Below are positions 1 to 10,880 of a DNA stretch of 64,000 bases, one piece after another. The notes under the pieces were generated by a model, which saw only the letters and a program-made list of their open reading frames with translations, was not told where the DNA came from and searched no databases. Source of the DNA: Syntrophales bacterium (GTDB lineage: Bacteria; Desulfobacterota; Syntrophia; Syntrophales; PHBD01); the NCBI GenBank assembly GCA_963668175.1, contig OY764159.1:1280001-1344000 (forward strand), read 5' to 3'. The translations under genes and the position numbers were made by a program. How positions within the stretch are numbered: the first letter of the stretch is position 1; the number at the start of each line of letters is the position of its first letter.

Positions 1-71
1 CGAACATGTTTTTCCTTCTTTATCCGTTAGAGACAGACCCCTTTTCGCGTATGGCCGTTCCTGCCTCCATT

Positions 72-659
72 TCATTTAAACCGAAAAGGTCCCTCGCAGA
101 CGATCGCTGCCATTTCTTTCCGTGGAGATGGAAATTCCCTCGCCTGGAGATGTTCGGGAAGGTCCGCTTTCTTCCCGGGCTTGCCGACGGCAATCATGGC
201 TTCTACCTGAAACGAATCGGGTACGTTGAGCGCCGCCCTGGCTCTATCGTAGTCGAAACCCTGCATGCCGTGGACGACGAGGCCTTTCAGAGATCCCTGA
301 AGGGCCAGGTTCTCCCAGGCCGCCCCTGCGTCGTACGCGTGCGTGCGGGAATATTTATCGTTGTGGTCGAAAGTCGTCTTGGAGACGACGACCGCCAGCA
401 CGGCCGCTTTTTCCGCCCAAACCTTGTTGGCATCGGTCAGGAGATCGAAAAAAAGGGGCCAATATTCGGAGTCCCTTGCTGCGTAAAGGAAGCGCCAGGG
501 CTGATTGTTGTTGGACGACGGCGCCCAGCGGGCGGCCTCGAAGAGGGTGAACAGCTCTTCCCTGGTCAATGCTTCGCCCGACATCGCCCGGGGTGACCAG
601 CGGTTGACAAAAAGCGGATCGCAATTGAATGAAGGTTTTCTGAATTCGCTTGTATCCAC
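72..659 (-). CDS. Nitroreductase family protein
   Basis: RWSPRAM, AARWAPSSNNNQPWRF and HGMQGFD motifs; GGAGG RBS upstream. Confidence 0.9.
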   Translation of the reverse strand: MDTSEFRKPSFNCDPLFVNRWSPRAMSGEALTREELFTLFEAARWAPSSNNNQPWRFLYAARDSEYWPLFFDLLTDANKVWAEKAAVLAVVVSKTTFDHNDKYSRTHAYDAGAAWENLALQGSLKGLVVHGMQGFDYDRARAALNVPDSFQVEAMIAVGKPGKKADLPEHLQAREFPSPRKEMAAIVCEGPFRFK

Positions 660-727
660 GAATACCTCCTTTGATAACCGTGTCCATCGTAGCCGTATTT
701 TAAAATTAGGTCAACCGCAGCTGATTG

Positions 728-1591
728 TCAATAATTTTCCGGATGTTGCGCTATGGTGTCCACAAGGGTATTGCTCAGATGACCGAATTCGACCGCGGAA
801 AGCGTTTCCGCCCGCCGGACGCCGTCGATACCCGCCCGGGAGAGGGCCGAAGAAAGGCCTGCATCGCCGCCCGGAACCCTTAGGCTTTTGAGGTTGTTGA
901 AAATGGTCTTTCTTCTCTGAGAAAAGGCCGTCTTCACGACGGTCGTGAAAAAGGTCTCGTCCGTCAGATGCGTGAGCGGTTCTTCACGGAAGTCAATCCT
1001 GATCACCCGGGACGTCACTTTCGGCTTGGGATAGAAGCAGGAAGGAGGAACGTCCGTCACGGGCGTGACGCGGGCGTACATGGCGACCGCCACGGTGGGG
1101 ATGCCGTAGTCCTTTGTCCCCGGCGATGCCCCCAGCCGCTCGGCCACTTCCTTCTGCAGCATGATGGTGATGGATCGGATCAGGCGGCGGAAATCCAATA
1201 AATGAAAGAGGATCGGCGTCGAGATGTTGTAGGGGATATTGCCGATGATATTCAATTTGCTGCCGGGCAATGCCGGCAGGGCGGAGGCCAGATCGAATGC
1301 AAGGATGTCGGCCCGCACGATGGTCAGGTTGTCGCGGGCCCGGAATGTCTGCTCCAGGATGTCGGCCATATAGGGGTCGATTTCGACGGCGATCACGGTC
1401 TTGGCTTTCTCGGCGATCAGCCCTGTCATGGTTCCCGGTCCCGGCCCGATTTCCACGACCGTATCGTCCGGCCGGATATCGGCCGCATCGACAATCCTGC
1501 CGATGATGTTGCGGTCCTGCAGAAAGGATTGGCCGTAACGTCTCAGCGGGCGGATGCCCCTGCTTTTCATGATCTTTTTCGGTGACGTCAT
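728..1591 (-). CDS. rsmA: 16S rRNA m6,2A dimethyltransferase KsgA/RsmA
   Basis: GQSFL, VEIGPGPG, GNIPYNISTP, MLQKEVAERL and FSQRRKT motifs. Confidence 0.97.
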   Translation of the reverse strand: MTSPKKIMKSRGIRPLRRYGQSFLQDRNIIGRIVDAADIRPDDTVVEIGPGPGTMTGLIAEKAKTVIAVEIDPYMADILEQTFRARDNLTIVRADILAFDLASALPALPGSKLNIIGNIPYNISTPILFHLLDFRRLIRSITIMLQKEVAERLGASPGTKDYGIPTVAVAMYARVTPVTDVPPSCFYPKPKVTSRVIRIDFREEPLTHLTDETFFTTVVKTAFSQRRKTIFNNLKSLRVPGGDAGLSSALSRAGIDGVRRAETLSAVEFGHLSNTLVDTIAQHPENY

Positions 1592-2037
1592 GATGTCTGC
1601 TTTCCCCTTATGATCCTGATGAAGCGGCGTGTCAGAAAATAGGCCGGTACGGCGAAGAACGGAGCCATGATCAGCCCGCCGATAAGCATGGGAACAAGGA
1701 TATGCGCGCCAAGTTCAAGAACGGAACCGATCGAATAATCGGCCAGGGCGAATGTGTCGTGTTCTATCCCGAGAAGATGCATGCCGAGCTCGTATTGCGA
1801 GTAATAGAGGATGGGGATTGTCACGGGGTTGGAAACGAGCCACGAACCGAGATAGGCGGCGCTCACATTTTGTCTGAAGGCGATACACGCGAAAATGATA
1901 AGGGCCGTATGGAACGGGATGGTCGGTGTAACGCCGATGAAGACGCCTATGGCAAGGCCCATGGCGATGGCCTTGGGTTCCCCCTGCAGACTGATGAAAC
2001 GGTCGTGAAATTGCCTGATCTTGTTTTTCAGGAGCAT
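1588..2037 (-). CDS. DUF2062-family membrane protein
   Basis: PKAIAMGLAIGVFIGVTP and WLVSNPVTIP; hydrophobic; overlaps rsmA start. Confidence 0.8.
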   Translation of the reverse strand: MLLKNKIRQFHDRFISLQGEPKAIAMGLAIGVFIGVTPTIPFHTALIIFACIAFRQNVSAAYLGSWLVSNPVTIPILYYSQYELGMHLLGIEHDTFALADYSIGSVLELGAHILVPMLIGGLIMAPFFAVPAYFLTRRFIRIIRGKQTS

Positions 2038-2077
2038 ACTTTATTCAAGGGAAGCGGATATGGCGCCCCAATGCGGC

Positions 2078-3085
2078 TCATCGGCCGCGTTCCACTTCCC
2101 AGCGCGAAACGGCATTGATGTCCAGAGTGTTACGTCTGCCCGCGGCCAGGAGATGATGCCCCATGACGGCGATCATGGCGGCATTGTCCGTGCAGAGGCT
2201 GATTGGCGGAATGAAAATATCGATCCCTCTTGCCGCCCCGTCGCTCCGGAACCGGTCCCGGAGGCGGCTGTTGGCGGCGACGCCGCCGCAGACGACAACC
2301 CGTGCGATGCCGGACGTCTCGGCCGCCCTCAGGGTCTTGTCGACGAGGACATCGACGATGGCCTCCTGGAAGCTGGCGACGACGTCATGACTTTCCGCAT
2401 CCGAGAGCGGGGCGGTCCGTTTCTTCATCATGGTCAAAAGAGATGTCTTGAGGCCGCTGAAACTGAAATCGAGGCTGTCCTTCATGGCCCGGGGGAAGTC
2501 GATGGCTTTGGGGTTACCCTTCTTGGCCATCCGGTCGATCACCACACCGCCGGGATATCCGATATCGAGGAGTTTAGCGGCTTTGTCGAAGGCTTCGCCC
2601 GCGGCGTCGTCCCGGGTCTGTCCTAAAAGCAGAAAGGATTCGAGGTTGTCCACACGGTAGATATTGGTATGCCCTCCCGAAACGACCAGGGCGATAAAGG
2701 GATATCCGGGGATATTCTCGGTGAGAAAGACGGAGGCGATATGCCCTTCCAGGTGATTGACGCCGACCAGGGGAAGGTTCCGGGCATAGGCATAGGCCTT
2801 CGCAAAGGAGAGTCCTACGAGCAGGGAGCCGACCAGCCCCGGTCCCCGGGTTACCGCGATTCCGCCGAGTTCCGCCCCGTCGACGCCTGCATCCTCCAAG
2901 GCCTGCGAAACGACCGGGACAATAGCCTCGATATGTTTCCGGGAGGCTATTTCCGGCACCACGCCGCCGTATTTCCTGTGGATGTCGATCTGCGACGCCA
3001 CGACGCTCGATAGCAGCGTTCGGCCGTCGCGTACGACGGAAGCCGCAGTTTCGTCGCAGGAAGATTCAATACCCAATATCAGCAT
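2078..3085 (-). CDS. tsaD: tRNA t6A threonylcarbamoyltransferase TsaD
   Basis: LGIESSCDET, GGVVPEIASRKH, HLEGH, SGGHT, DDAAGEAFDK and CTDNAAMI motifs. Confidence 0.98.
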   Translation of the reverse strand: MLILGIESSCDETAASVVRDGRTLLSSVVASQIDIHRKYGGVVPEIASRKHIEAIVPVVSQALEDAGVDGAELGGIAVTRGPGLVGSLLVGLSFAKAYAYARNLPLVGVNHLEGHIASVFLTENIPGYPFIALVVSGGHTNIYRVDNLESFLLLGQTRDDAAGEAFDKAAKLLDIGYPGGVVIDRMAKKGNPKAIDFPRAMKDSLDFSFSGLKTSLLTMMKKRTAPLSDAESHDVVASFQEAIVDVLVDKTLRAAETSGIARVVVCGGVAANSRLRDRFRSDGAARGIDIFIPPISLCTDNAAMIAVMGHHLLAAGRRNTLDINAVSRWEVERGR

Positions 3086-3191
3086 TCGTTCACCATCGAA
3101 AAACCCTTTTACACAAGGAGCAAATGTCTATATAGAAATACGGACGGATTGTAAATAACTTTTAGAAATGGGGCAAGCGGAGATAGAAGCC

Positions 3192-4823
3192 ATGGAGATT
3201 AAAACGGATTTTCTCGTGCTGGGCAGCGGCATTGCGGGATTGAGCTTTGCCATCAAGGCGTCGGCACTGGGATCGGTCGCCATCATCACGAAGAAGGAAA
3301 AATTCGAGTCGAACACGAATTACGCCCAGGGAGGGATTGCCGCTGTCCAGGCCGACGTCGACAGCTTCGAGTACCACATCCAGGACACGCTTAATTCAGG
3401 GGCCGGCCTCTGCAGGGAGGACGTGGTCAAATTCACCATAACCGAGGGTCCCGACCGGATTGACGAACTGGTGAAGTGGGGCGTCGAGTTTACCAAGGCC
3501 GAAGACCGCTTCTCGACCGTTTACGATTTGGGTAAGGAAGGCGGCCATTCCCGGAGGAGGGTCCTCCATGCCAAGGATCTGACCGGCCGGGAGATCGAAA
3601 GGGCCTTAAACGACCAGGCCGGCCGGAAGGGCAACATCACAATCTACGAAAATTTCATTGCCGTCGATCTGATCCTGGAGTCCGCCTGGTCGGGGGAAGG
3701 CAAGGACCCGGGCCGCTGCCTTGGCGCTTACGTCCTGGATATCGAAAACGATCAGGTCCATACCTTCCAGGCCAGGTTCACTATCCTCGCGACGGGCGGT
3801 GCCGGAAAAGTCTACCTCGTCACGACGAACCCCGATATCGCCACCGGGGACGGCATCGCTATGGCCTACCGGGCGGGGGCGAAAATTGCCAACATGGAGT
3901 TCATGCAGTTCCATCCGACCTGTCTTTACCATCCCGATGCCAAATCTTTTCTGATCAGCGAAGCGGTGCGAGGAGAAGGGGGCGTGCTGCGCCTGAAAAA
4001 CGGGGAGACCTTCATGGAAAAGTACCATACCATGAAGAGCCTCGCGCCCCGCGATGTCGTCGCCAAGGCGATCGACACCGAGTTGAAAAGGACGGGGGAC
4101 GAATATGTCCTTCTCGATATTACCCATAAGGACCGGGATTTCATCGTCAACCGGTTTCCGAACATCTATCGGAAATGTCAGGAGTTCGGAATCGATATGG
4201 CCACGGAGCCGATACCCGTAGTACCCGCGGCGCATTATCTGTGCGGCGGCGTCGCCGTCAATGCCTTCGGGGAAACCAGCATCGACCGCCTGTACGCCTG
4301 CGGCGAGGTCTCCTGCACGGGGCTGCACGGGGCCAACCGCCTCGCAAGCAACTCCCTGCTGGAAGCTGTGGTCTTCGCCCACCGCGCCTTCACGCGTATC
4401 GCCCGATTATATCCTGAAAACAAAGATACGTTTATAGCGGTCCCGTCCTGGGACCCGAAAGGGGCGAGGCAGAGCAACGAATCCGTCATCGTGTCGCACA
4501 ATTGGGACGAAATCAGGCGCTGTATGTCGGACTATGTGGGCATCGTGCGCACCGACAGGCGCCTGGAGCGTGCGGACATCAGGATTGACATGATCAGCCA
4601 CGAGATTGACGACTATTACCGGCGGTTCCTCGTGACAAAGGATCTGCTCGAACTGCGCAACATCGCCACGGTAGCCCAACTGATCATCCGCTGTGCAAGG
4701 TTGCGCGAAGAGAGCCGGGGGCTGCACTACAATATCGACCATCCCGAGACGGACGACGTCCATTACCGCAGGGACACGGTGATCAGCCGCCGGGATAGCA
4801 AAGCAGCCATCCGCCTGCCGTAA
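3192..4823 (+). CDS. nadB: L-aspartate oxidase
   Basis: GSGIAG FAD motif, NTNYAQGGIA, EGGHSRRR, QFHPT, GLHGANRLASNSLLE, ESRGLHY; start placed at ATG 3192 after GGAG. Confidence 0.96.
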   Translation: MEIKTDFLVLGSGIAGLSFAIKASALGSVAIITKKEKFESNTNYAQGGIAAVQADVDSFEYHIQDTLNSGAGLCREDVVKFTITEGPDRIDELVKWGVEFTKAEDRFSTVYDLGKEGGHSRRRVLHAKDLTGREIERALNDQAGRKGNITIYENFIAVDLILESAWSGEGKDPGRCLGAYVLDIENDQVHTFQARFTILATGGAGKVYLVTTNPDIATGDGIAMAYRAGAKIANMEFMQFHPTCLYHPDAKSFLISEAVRGEGGVLRLKNGETFMEKYHTMKSLAPRDVVAKAIDTELKRTGDEYVLLDITHKDRDFIVNRFPNIYRKCQEFGIDMATEPIPVVPAAHYLCGGVAVNAFGETSIDRLYACGEVSCTGLHGANRLASNSLLEAVVFAHRAFTRIARLYPENKDTFIAVPSWDPKGARQSNESVIVSHNWDEIRRCMSDYVGIVRTDRRLERADIRIDMISHEIDDYYRRFLVTKDLLELRNIATVAQLIIRCARLREESRGLHYNIDHPETDDVHYRRDTVISRRDSKAAIRLP

Positions 4824-4838
4824 ATCAGAACCGGCCGG

Positions 4839-6140
4839 TCAGGACGACGCGCCGAAGACCCGCTGGAAGATGAAGTCGACCTGTGTGAGGAAATTTTCCG
4901 TCCTGAAGACCTGGTCCAGTACGTCTTTTCCGATCAGGGCGCTTACCTTTGCGTCTTCCTCAAGAAGTTTTTTGAAGGGAATGCCCTCATGCCAGGATTT
5001 CATGGCGTTCTCCTGGACTGCGGCGTAGGCATCCTCCCTTGTCATGCCCTTGTCGATGAGCTTAAGCAGGACCATCTGGGAGAAGACGACGCCGTGGGTC
5101 ATTTCCAGGTTTCTCTTCATTTGGTCGGGGTAGACGACCAGTTTGTCGATCAGCCCCGTAAACCGGGACAGCATGAAATCCAGGAGTATCGTGGCGTCGG
5201 GACCGATGACCCTCTCGACCGAAGAGTGGCTGATGTCCCTCTCGTGCCAGAGTGCGACGTCTTCCAGGGCGGCAAGGGCGTAGGAGCGCATCAGGCGCGC
5301 GAGGCCCGAGAGATTCTCCGAGAGAACGGGGTTTCGCTTGTGGGGCATCGCCGACGATCCTTTCTGCCCCGGCGAGAAGTACTCTTCCGCTTCCCGGACC
5401 TCCGTGCGCTGCAGGAGGCGGATTTCCTGGGCAAATTTGTCGAGGGATGAGCCGATGATGGCGAGGGTGGCGAAGTACTCGGCATGGCGGTCCCGCTGGA
5501 CGATCTGGGAGGATACCGGGGCGGGTTTCAGCCCCAGCTTCCCGCAGACGTAGGTTTCGACGGCCGGGTCGATGAAGGAAAATGTGCCGACGGCCCCGGC
5601 GATCTTGCCGACGCTGATCGTTTCCCGGGCGCGGGCCAGCCGGTCGCGGTTCCGGGTCATTTCCTGGTGCCAGATGGCCATTTTGAGGCCGAAGGTAATC
5701 GGTTCGGCGTGAATTCCGTGGGAACGGCCGATCATCAGCGTTGTTTTATGTTGAAACGCTTTTTTCCTAAGGACGTCGATCAGGGCATCCAGGTCTTCAA
5801 GAAGGATATCTGCGGCCTCTTTCAAGAGGACCGCCAGCGACGTGTCGAGGATGTCGGAGGATGTGAGTCCCATATGGATGAAACGGCCGTCGGGGCCTAC
5901 TTTCTCGGTGACGGAGGTTAAAAAAGCGATGACATCGTGCTTCGTCTGGCGCTCGATCTCATCGATCCTGGCGATATCGAAGCCGGCCCGGGCCTTGATA
6001 GTGGCGAGGGCCTCGGCGGGGATGTCGCCCTTGGCGGCCATGGCCTCACAGGCCAGGATTTCGATGTCGAGCCACTTCTGATACCGGTTCTCCGGGCTCC
6101 AGACGGCGCTCATTTTCTCTCGTGAATAGCGGGGTATCAT
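4839..6140 (-). CDS. purB: Adenylosuccinate lyase
   Basis: MIPRYS start, [10 protein letters not shown] and signature [11 protein letters not shown]. Confidence 0.98.
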   Translation of the reverse strand: MIPRYSREKMSAVWSPENRYQKWLDIEILACEAMAAKGDIPAEALATIKARAGFDIARIDEIERQTKHDVIAFLTSVTEKVGPDGRFIHMGLTSSDILDTSLAVLLKEAADILLEDLDALIDVLRKKAFQHKTTLMIGRSHGIHAEPITFGLKMAIWHQEMTRNRDRLARARETISVGKIAGAVGTFSFIDPAVETYVCGKLGLKPAPVSSQIVQRDRHAEYFATLAIIGSSLDKFAQEIRLLQRTEVREAEEYFSPGQKGSSAMPHKRNPVLSENLSGLARLMRSYALAALEDVALWHERDISHSSVERVIGPDATILLDFMLSRFTGLIDKLVVYPDQMKRNLEMTHGVVFSQMVLLKLIDKGMTREDAYAAVQENAMKSWHEGIPFKKLLEEDAKVSALIGKDVLDQVFRTENFLTQVDFIFQRVFGASS

Positions 6141-6369
6141 TTTCGTTCTCCTCGGGTGATATGGCTCACGTTTCTTAAGAAAAAATCACGCTACACCTTC
6201 TTCGATACCGCGTCAATACCTATCGTTCCCGCCGCCCGGGAAAGGCGCAGCGGTCATTTGTCCCGCGGTCATAGGGTGTTCAAAAGCCGGCCGGAGAATT
6301 GTCTTGATAAAATCCCGTCGCGGTTGTAGAAAAATCCATGGATTTATCCATAACGGAGGCTTAACAAAA

Positions 6370-7668
6370 ATGTATTGGGAAAAAGAGATTGAAACCATCG
6401 ACAGGCCGTCGCTTGAGGCCCTGCAACTGAAAAGGCTTAAAAGCACATTGAAACAGGCCCGGAAGTCCGTTCACTACAAAAGGGTATTTAAGGAGGCCGA
6501 TATTGATATCGAAAAGATAGAGTCGCTTGAAGACGTTGCCAAACTTCCCCTGACCATCAAGGACGATCTCCGGGAACAATGGCCGTACGGGTTCTTGGCC
6601 GTATCGAAGGATAAACTGGTCCGGATGCATTCCTCCTCGGGGACGACCGGGCGGGCGACGGTCATCTTCCATACGCAAAAGGACCTGAATGCCTGGACGA
6701 ACCTGGTCGCACGCTCGATGTATATGACCGGCGTCAGAAAAAGCGACGTCTTCCAGAACATGATGACCTATGGTCTTTTTACGGGGGGGCTTGGCTTCCA
6801 TTACGGAGCGGAGAAGATCGGCGCCCTCGTGGTTCCGGCAGGGGCAGGAAACAGCAAACGCCAGATCCAGTTGGCGAAGGATTTCGAGACGACGGCCGTC
6901 CACATCATTCCCAGTTACGCCATGCACCTGGCCACCGTCTTCGAAGAGATGGGAGTCGATCCGCGCCGCGACACCAAGATAAAGATGGCCTTCCTCGGTG
7001 CGGAACCCCATTCGGAGAAAATGAGAAACAGGATCGAGGAAATCTTCGGTTTCCAGGCGTTCAATTCCTACGGTCTGTCGGAAATGAATGGTCCCGGTGT
7101 GGCTTTTGAATGCCCCTATAAGAACGGACTTCATATCTGGGAAGACAATTTCCTGGTTGAAATTATCGATCCGAAGACGCTGAAACCTCTCCCCGACGGC
7201 GAAGAGGGCGAACTGGTCATGACGACGCTTCAGAGGGACGGGATGCCGATCCTCCGATACCGGACGAAGGACCTCACCCGGATCATCCCGGGAAAGTGCG
7301 CCTGCGGCAGGACCCACCGGCGGATCGAGCGGATCAAGGGCCGGACCGACGACATGATGATCCTGAAAGGGGTCAATATCTTCCCGATCCAGATTGAAAA
7401 GAAACTCATGGAAATCGAAGGCGTGGGCCGCAACTTCCAGATTATCCTGGAACAGGAAGGTTTCAACGATCACATGATCGTCAAGGTGGAAGTCGAAAAG
7501 GCGTTCTTCGCCGGCGATCTGAAGAAGCTGGAGGGGTTGAGAAAACGGATTGTCGAAGAATTGAAGAGCGACATCCTGATCACGCCCAAGGTCGATCTGG
7601 TGGAGCCCGACAGCCTGCCAAAGTCGGAAGGCAAGGCCGTACGGGTCATCGACAACAGGAAGGATTGA
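6370..7668 (+). CDS. paaK: Phenylacetate-CoA ligase family protein
   Basis: HSSSGTTG, YGLFTGGLGFHYG, YGLSEMNGPGV, RYRTKD, GRTDDM; ATG 6370 after GGAGG. Substrate unproven. Confidence 0.88.
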   Translation: MYWEKEIETIDRPSLEALQLKRLKSTLKQARKSVHYKRVFKEADIDIEKIESLEDVAKLPLTIKDDLREQWPYGFLAVSKDKLVRMHSSSGTTGRATVIFHTQKDLNAWTNLVARSMYMTGVRKSDVFQNMMTYGLFTGGLGFHYGAEKIGALVVPAGAGNSKRQIQLAKDFETTAVHIIPSYAMHLATVFEEMGVDPRRDTKIKMAFLGAEPHSEKMRNRIEEIFGFQAFNSYGLSEMNGPGVAFECPYKNGLHIWEDNFLVEIIDPKTLKPLPDGEEGELVMTTLQRDGMPILRYRTKDLTRIIPGKCACGRTHRRIERIKGRTDDMMILKGVNIFPIQIEKKLMEIEGVGRNFQIILEQEGFNDHMIVKVEVEKAFFAGDLKKLEGLRKRIVEELKSDILITPKVDLVEPDSLPKSEGKAVRVIDNRKD

Positions 7669-7728
7669 GAAGCGCCCCTCCCGGCGAGTACGAAAAACAT
7701 ATTTTACCCATCATGACAGGAGAGAACC

Positions 7729-8181
7729 ATGATTGCACAACAGCTTTCAATATTTGCCCAGAACCAGCCGGGACGGTTGGCGGCCGTGACCCAGATCCTG
7801 GCGGCGGAGAAGATCAACATCCGGGCGACGACGATATCCACGTCGGACACCTTCGGGGTGATCAATCTCATCGTCGATGATCCGGAGCGGGCCCGAACGG
7901 TGCTGACCAAGGCGGGACTGATGGTCCATTTGAGACAGGTCCTGGCCGTTCTTATCGAGGACCAGCCCGGCGGCCTGAGCAAGCTGACGCAGCTCCTTTC
8001 GAAGGAGAATGTCAATATCAACAACGCCTACGGTTTTGTTCTGGAAAGCAGGAAGAAGGCCGTCTTTGTCGTGGATGTCGACCAGATGGAGAGGGCTGAA
8101 AAGCTTGTGGAGGACATGGGTTTCAAGACTCTGGATTCGGCGGCCCTTTCGGCCGTGGAGCCTGTTTATTCACCTGCTTGA
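7729..8181 (+). CDS. Tandem ACT-domain protein (PaaK-associated)
   Basis: QLSIFAQNQPGRLA and EDQPGGL ACT signatures. Confidence 0.85.
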   Translation: MIAQQLSIFAQNQPGRLAAVTQILAAEKINIRATTISTSDTFGVINLIVDDPERARTVLTKAGLMVHLRQVLAVLIEDQPGGLSKLTQLLSKENVNINNAYGFVLESRKKAVFVVDVDQMERAEKLVEDMGFKTLDSAALSAVEPVYSPA

Positions 8182-8193
8182 AAAGGAGAAATT

Positions 8194-8628
8194 ATGTCCC
8201 ATCATGATGCGGGCAGGTATAAGTCGAAACATCCCTCCGCCGGCGAGGTCCGGAAGGATCTCGCCGAAGCCGTCGCCAAAGCGGCTTCGGACGGGACGAT
8301 TTCCTGTGCCCGGGCGGAGAAGATCGCCGCCGGGCTGCGGTTGTCCATGGGGGAGGTCGGCGTTGCCGTCGACCTTGCGGAAATCCGCATCGACAAGTGC
8401 CAGTTGGGGCTCTTCGGCTACGGGGCAGAGAAGCTGGCCGTCAAGCCGGCCGAATCAATAACCCCGGAGATGGAGCAAGCCGTTCTCGGTTCCCTGGAGA
8501 ACGGCCGCCTGCCATGCCTGGCGGCGTGGGAACTGGCCGTCCGGTTCGGCGTGAAACGGATGGACGTCTCCGCGGCGTGCGAGGCGCTCCGGATCAAGGT
8601 CAAACCTTGCCAGTTAGGGGCGTTCTGA
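8194..8628 (+). CDS. Hypothetical protein with two internal CxxA...CQLGxF repeats
   Basis: AGGAG RBS; ISCARA...CQLGLF and LPCLAA...CQLGAF duplication. Confidence 0.75.
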   Translation: MSHHDAGRYKSKHPSAGEVRKDLAEAVAKAASDGTISCARAEKIAAGLRLSMGEVGVAVDLAEIRIDKCQLGLFGYGAEKLAVKPAESITPEMEQAVLGSLENGRLPCLAAWELAVRFGVKRMDVSAACEALRIKVKPCQLGAF

Positions 8629-8634
8629 CGGGAC

Positions 8635-9150
8635 TTACCCGTTTTGCTCCTCAAACCGGGCCAGCGTAAAGAGCATATCGGCCAGCCGGTTCAGGTACTG
8701 GTGGATGTGGGGATTGTCGACGAGGCCTTCGTTCTTGAGCTTGGCGGCCTTTCTCTCCGCCCTCCGGACGGTGGTCCGCGCCACGTCGATCATGGCCGAA
8801 ACGACGGTCTCGCCCGGATAAATGAATTCGTTCTTCAGCCTGACGTGATGCTGGAGATCGTCGATGATGCCCTCGATACGCTCGGCATCCACCATGGCGA
8901 TCCTCCGCGACAGCTTGGGGAGGTCCTCCGGGAGCGTGGACAACTCGGCCCCCAGGACCAGGAGATCCTTCTGGACCTCAAGGATAATGTCCTTGATATG
9001 CGTGTTTCCGGTCGAAGCCCTGGCTACGCCCAGGAAGGAGCTGGCTTCGTCCAGTACGCCGTACGTTTCCGGACGGGGATCGAACTTGGGTACCCGCTGT
9101 CCGCCGAGAAGACTCGTTTCGCCGCCATCGCCTTTCTTGGAAAACTTCAT
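8635..9150 (-). CDS. PduO-type cob(I)alamin adenosyltransferase
   Basis: KKGDGGETSL, YGVLDEASS, ARTTVRRAER and YLNRLADMLF motifs. Confidence 0.93.
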   Translation of the reverse strand: MKFSKKGDGGETSLLGGQRVPKFDPRPETYGVLDEASSFLGVARASTGNTHIKDIILEVQKDLLVLGAELSTLPEDLPKLSRRIAMVDAERIEGIIDDLQHHVRLKNEFIYPGETVVSAMIDVARTTVRRAERKAAKLKNEGLVDNPHIHQYLNRLADMLFTLARFEEQNG

Positions 9151-9863
9151 ATCCCTCTCCTCTCCATGTATTGTCTGATCATGCCGACCATCGCTTCGGC
9201 GCTCTTTTTAGCGTTGACAACGATTTCGTCCATGTTCAGGCTCTTATCGCCCAGACCGTGGGCGTAATTGTCTATGGAGCAGATGGATGCGTAAGCCACG
9301 TCGAGTTCTTGCGCTATGACGGCTTCGCTTCCCATGGTCATGCCGACAAGATCGGCAAAATGCGACATCATGGCGATTTCCGCCTTCGTTTCGAATCTCG
9401 GTCCAGGCGTCTGCCAATAGATGCCGCCGTCGGTGACGGCAATGCCGCACTTTCGCGCCGCATCGAGAAGACGCGCCCTCAACCCGGCGTTGAGGGATGG
9501 TGTGATGTGGACCGGCCGGTTGCCGAAGACGGTCGGCGCCTGGCCCATCATGATATAATCGTTCGGAATGACGATGGTTCCGGGAATGAGGTCTTTTTTC
9601 AGCGAGCCGGTGGAGTTGATGCCGACGATTTCCGTGACGCCCAGGTCCTTCAGGGCTTGGATGTTCGCCTGGTGATTGATCAGGTGGGGCAGGACATACG
9701 CCTTGGGGTTTCGCCCGTGGCGGGGAATGAAGATCATGTCCTCCCGCATCAGGACCTCCGCCCGGCCGAACCGGTTTTCGACGGTCTTCTCCTCCGACGT
9801 CCCGAAGCTGGCCGTATCGATGAAGACCGTTCCCGATATGACACCCAGAGGCCCCATGATCAT
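9147..9863 (-). CDS. MTAP-family purine nucleoside phosphorylase (methylthioadenosine/inosine)
   Basis: PRHG, PHLINHQANI, GPRFETKAE, VGMTM and SIDNYA motifs. Confidence 0.9.
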   Translation of the reverse strand: MIMGPLGVISGTVFIDTASFGTSEEKTVENRFGRAEVLMREDMIFIPRHGRNPKAYVLPHLINHQANIQALKDLGVTEIVGINSTGSLKKDLIPGTIVIPNDYIMMGQAPTVFGNRPVHITPSLNAGLRARLLDAARKCGIAVTDGGIYWQTPGPRFETKAEIAMMSHFADLVGMTMGSEAVIAQELDVAYASICSIDNYAHGLGDKSLNMDEIVVNAKKSAEAMVGMIRQYMERRGI

Positions 9864-10061
9864 TCCTTGCCGGTATTTGAGAGATAGTTGGGCGAATGTG
9901 TACCAGAATATTGACCATGTGTCAAAGGCCTTGCTTGCGGCGGCATAAAAAGCGTTTGACAGCCTGGGGGATGTATCATATACGATGAAGTCTCACGATT
10001 GGCGGAAACAAAGGAAAATCGGCGTTTTTAACCATATCCAAGACTTGAGAAGGAGCGGTCA

Positions 10062-10853
10062 GTGTTTAAAAGAAGATGCGTCGTAGTGCTTATGGCGGTG
10101 GCGATGCTTTCCGGATGTGCCTGGTGGAGCGACCTCTGGAAACGCGAAATGGCGAAGAACACGCCCGAAGCACTCTATAAAACCGGTTACGACTATTATC
10201 AGGGCGGCCGTTATAAGAAAGCGGCGGAGTCGTTTCAGCGGCTGAAAGACCTCCATCCGCTCCATCCCCTGGCTCTTCTCGCGGAGATGGGCATCGCCGA
10301 TTCCCATTACAGCGACGGCTCCTACAGCGAGGCGGAGCTGGCCTACAACGATTTCATGAACCTGCATCCGACGAACGAGAATGTTCCTTACGTGATCTAT
10401 CAGATAGGCATGTGCCACTTCCAGCAGATCATGTCGGTGGATAGGGATCAGACGGAAACGCAGCGGGCGAAAAGGGAGTTCGAGCGGTTGATCGCCCGTT
10501 TCCCGGGCAGCAAATTTGCGTTCATGGGGGAGAAGAAGCTCAAGGAATGCAAACAGAAGCTTGCCGAGCATGAATTCTACGTGGGGGAATTCTATTTCAA
10601 CCGAAAGCAGTACAAGGCAGCACTGAGGCGCTTCGAGACAATCACGCGGGAATATCCGAACGTCGGGCTGGATTACAAGGCCCAGTACTACCTGGTGGAA
10701 ACAGCCAGGCTGATGACGGAAGAAGACATCGAAAAGGCGAAGGAAGAAGCGAAGATCAAGGCCAAAGAAAAAGAGAAAGCGGACAAACTTAAACAGAAGG
10801 AAGAGCAGGCCAGGAAAAAGCAGGAGGAAAAGGCCCAAAAACAGGATAAGTAA
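10062..10853 (+). CDS. bamD: Outer membrane assembly lipoprotein BamD
   Basis: Lipobox LSGC, TPR repeats, DRDQT, LAEHEFYVGEFY; AAGGAG RBS before GTG. Confidence 0.92.
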   Translation: MFKRRCVVVLMAVAMLSGCAWWSDLWKREMAKNTPEALYKTGYDYYQGGRYKKAAESFQRLKDLHPLHPLALLAEMGIADSHYSDGSYSEAELAYNDFMNLHPTNENVPYVIYQIGMCHFQQIMSVDRDQTETQRAKREFERLIARFPGSKFAFMGEKKLKECKQKLAEHEFYVGEFYFNRKQYKAALRRFETITREYPNVGLDYKAQYYLVETARLMTEEDIEKAKEEAKIKAKEKEKADKLKQKEEQARKKQEEKAQKQDK

Positions 10854-10880
10854 ACCTTGCCCTGGAGCGGGTCCGTATCT

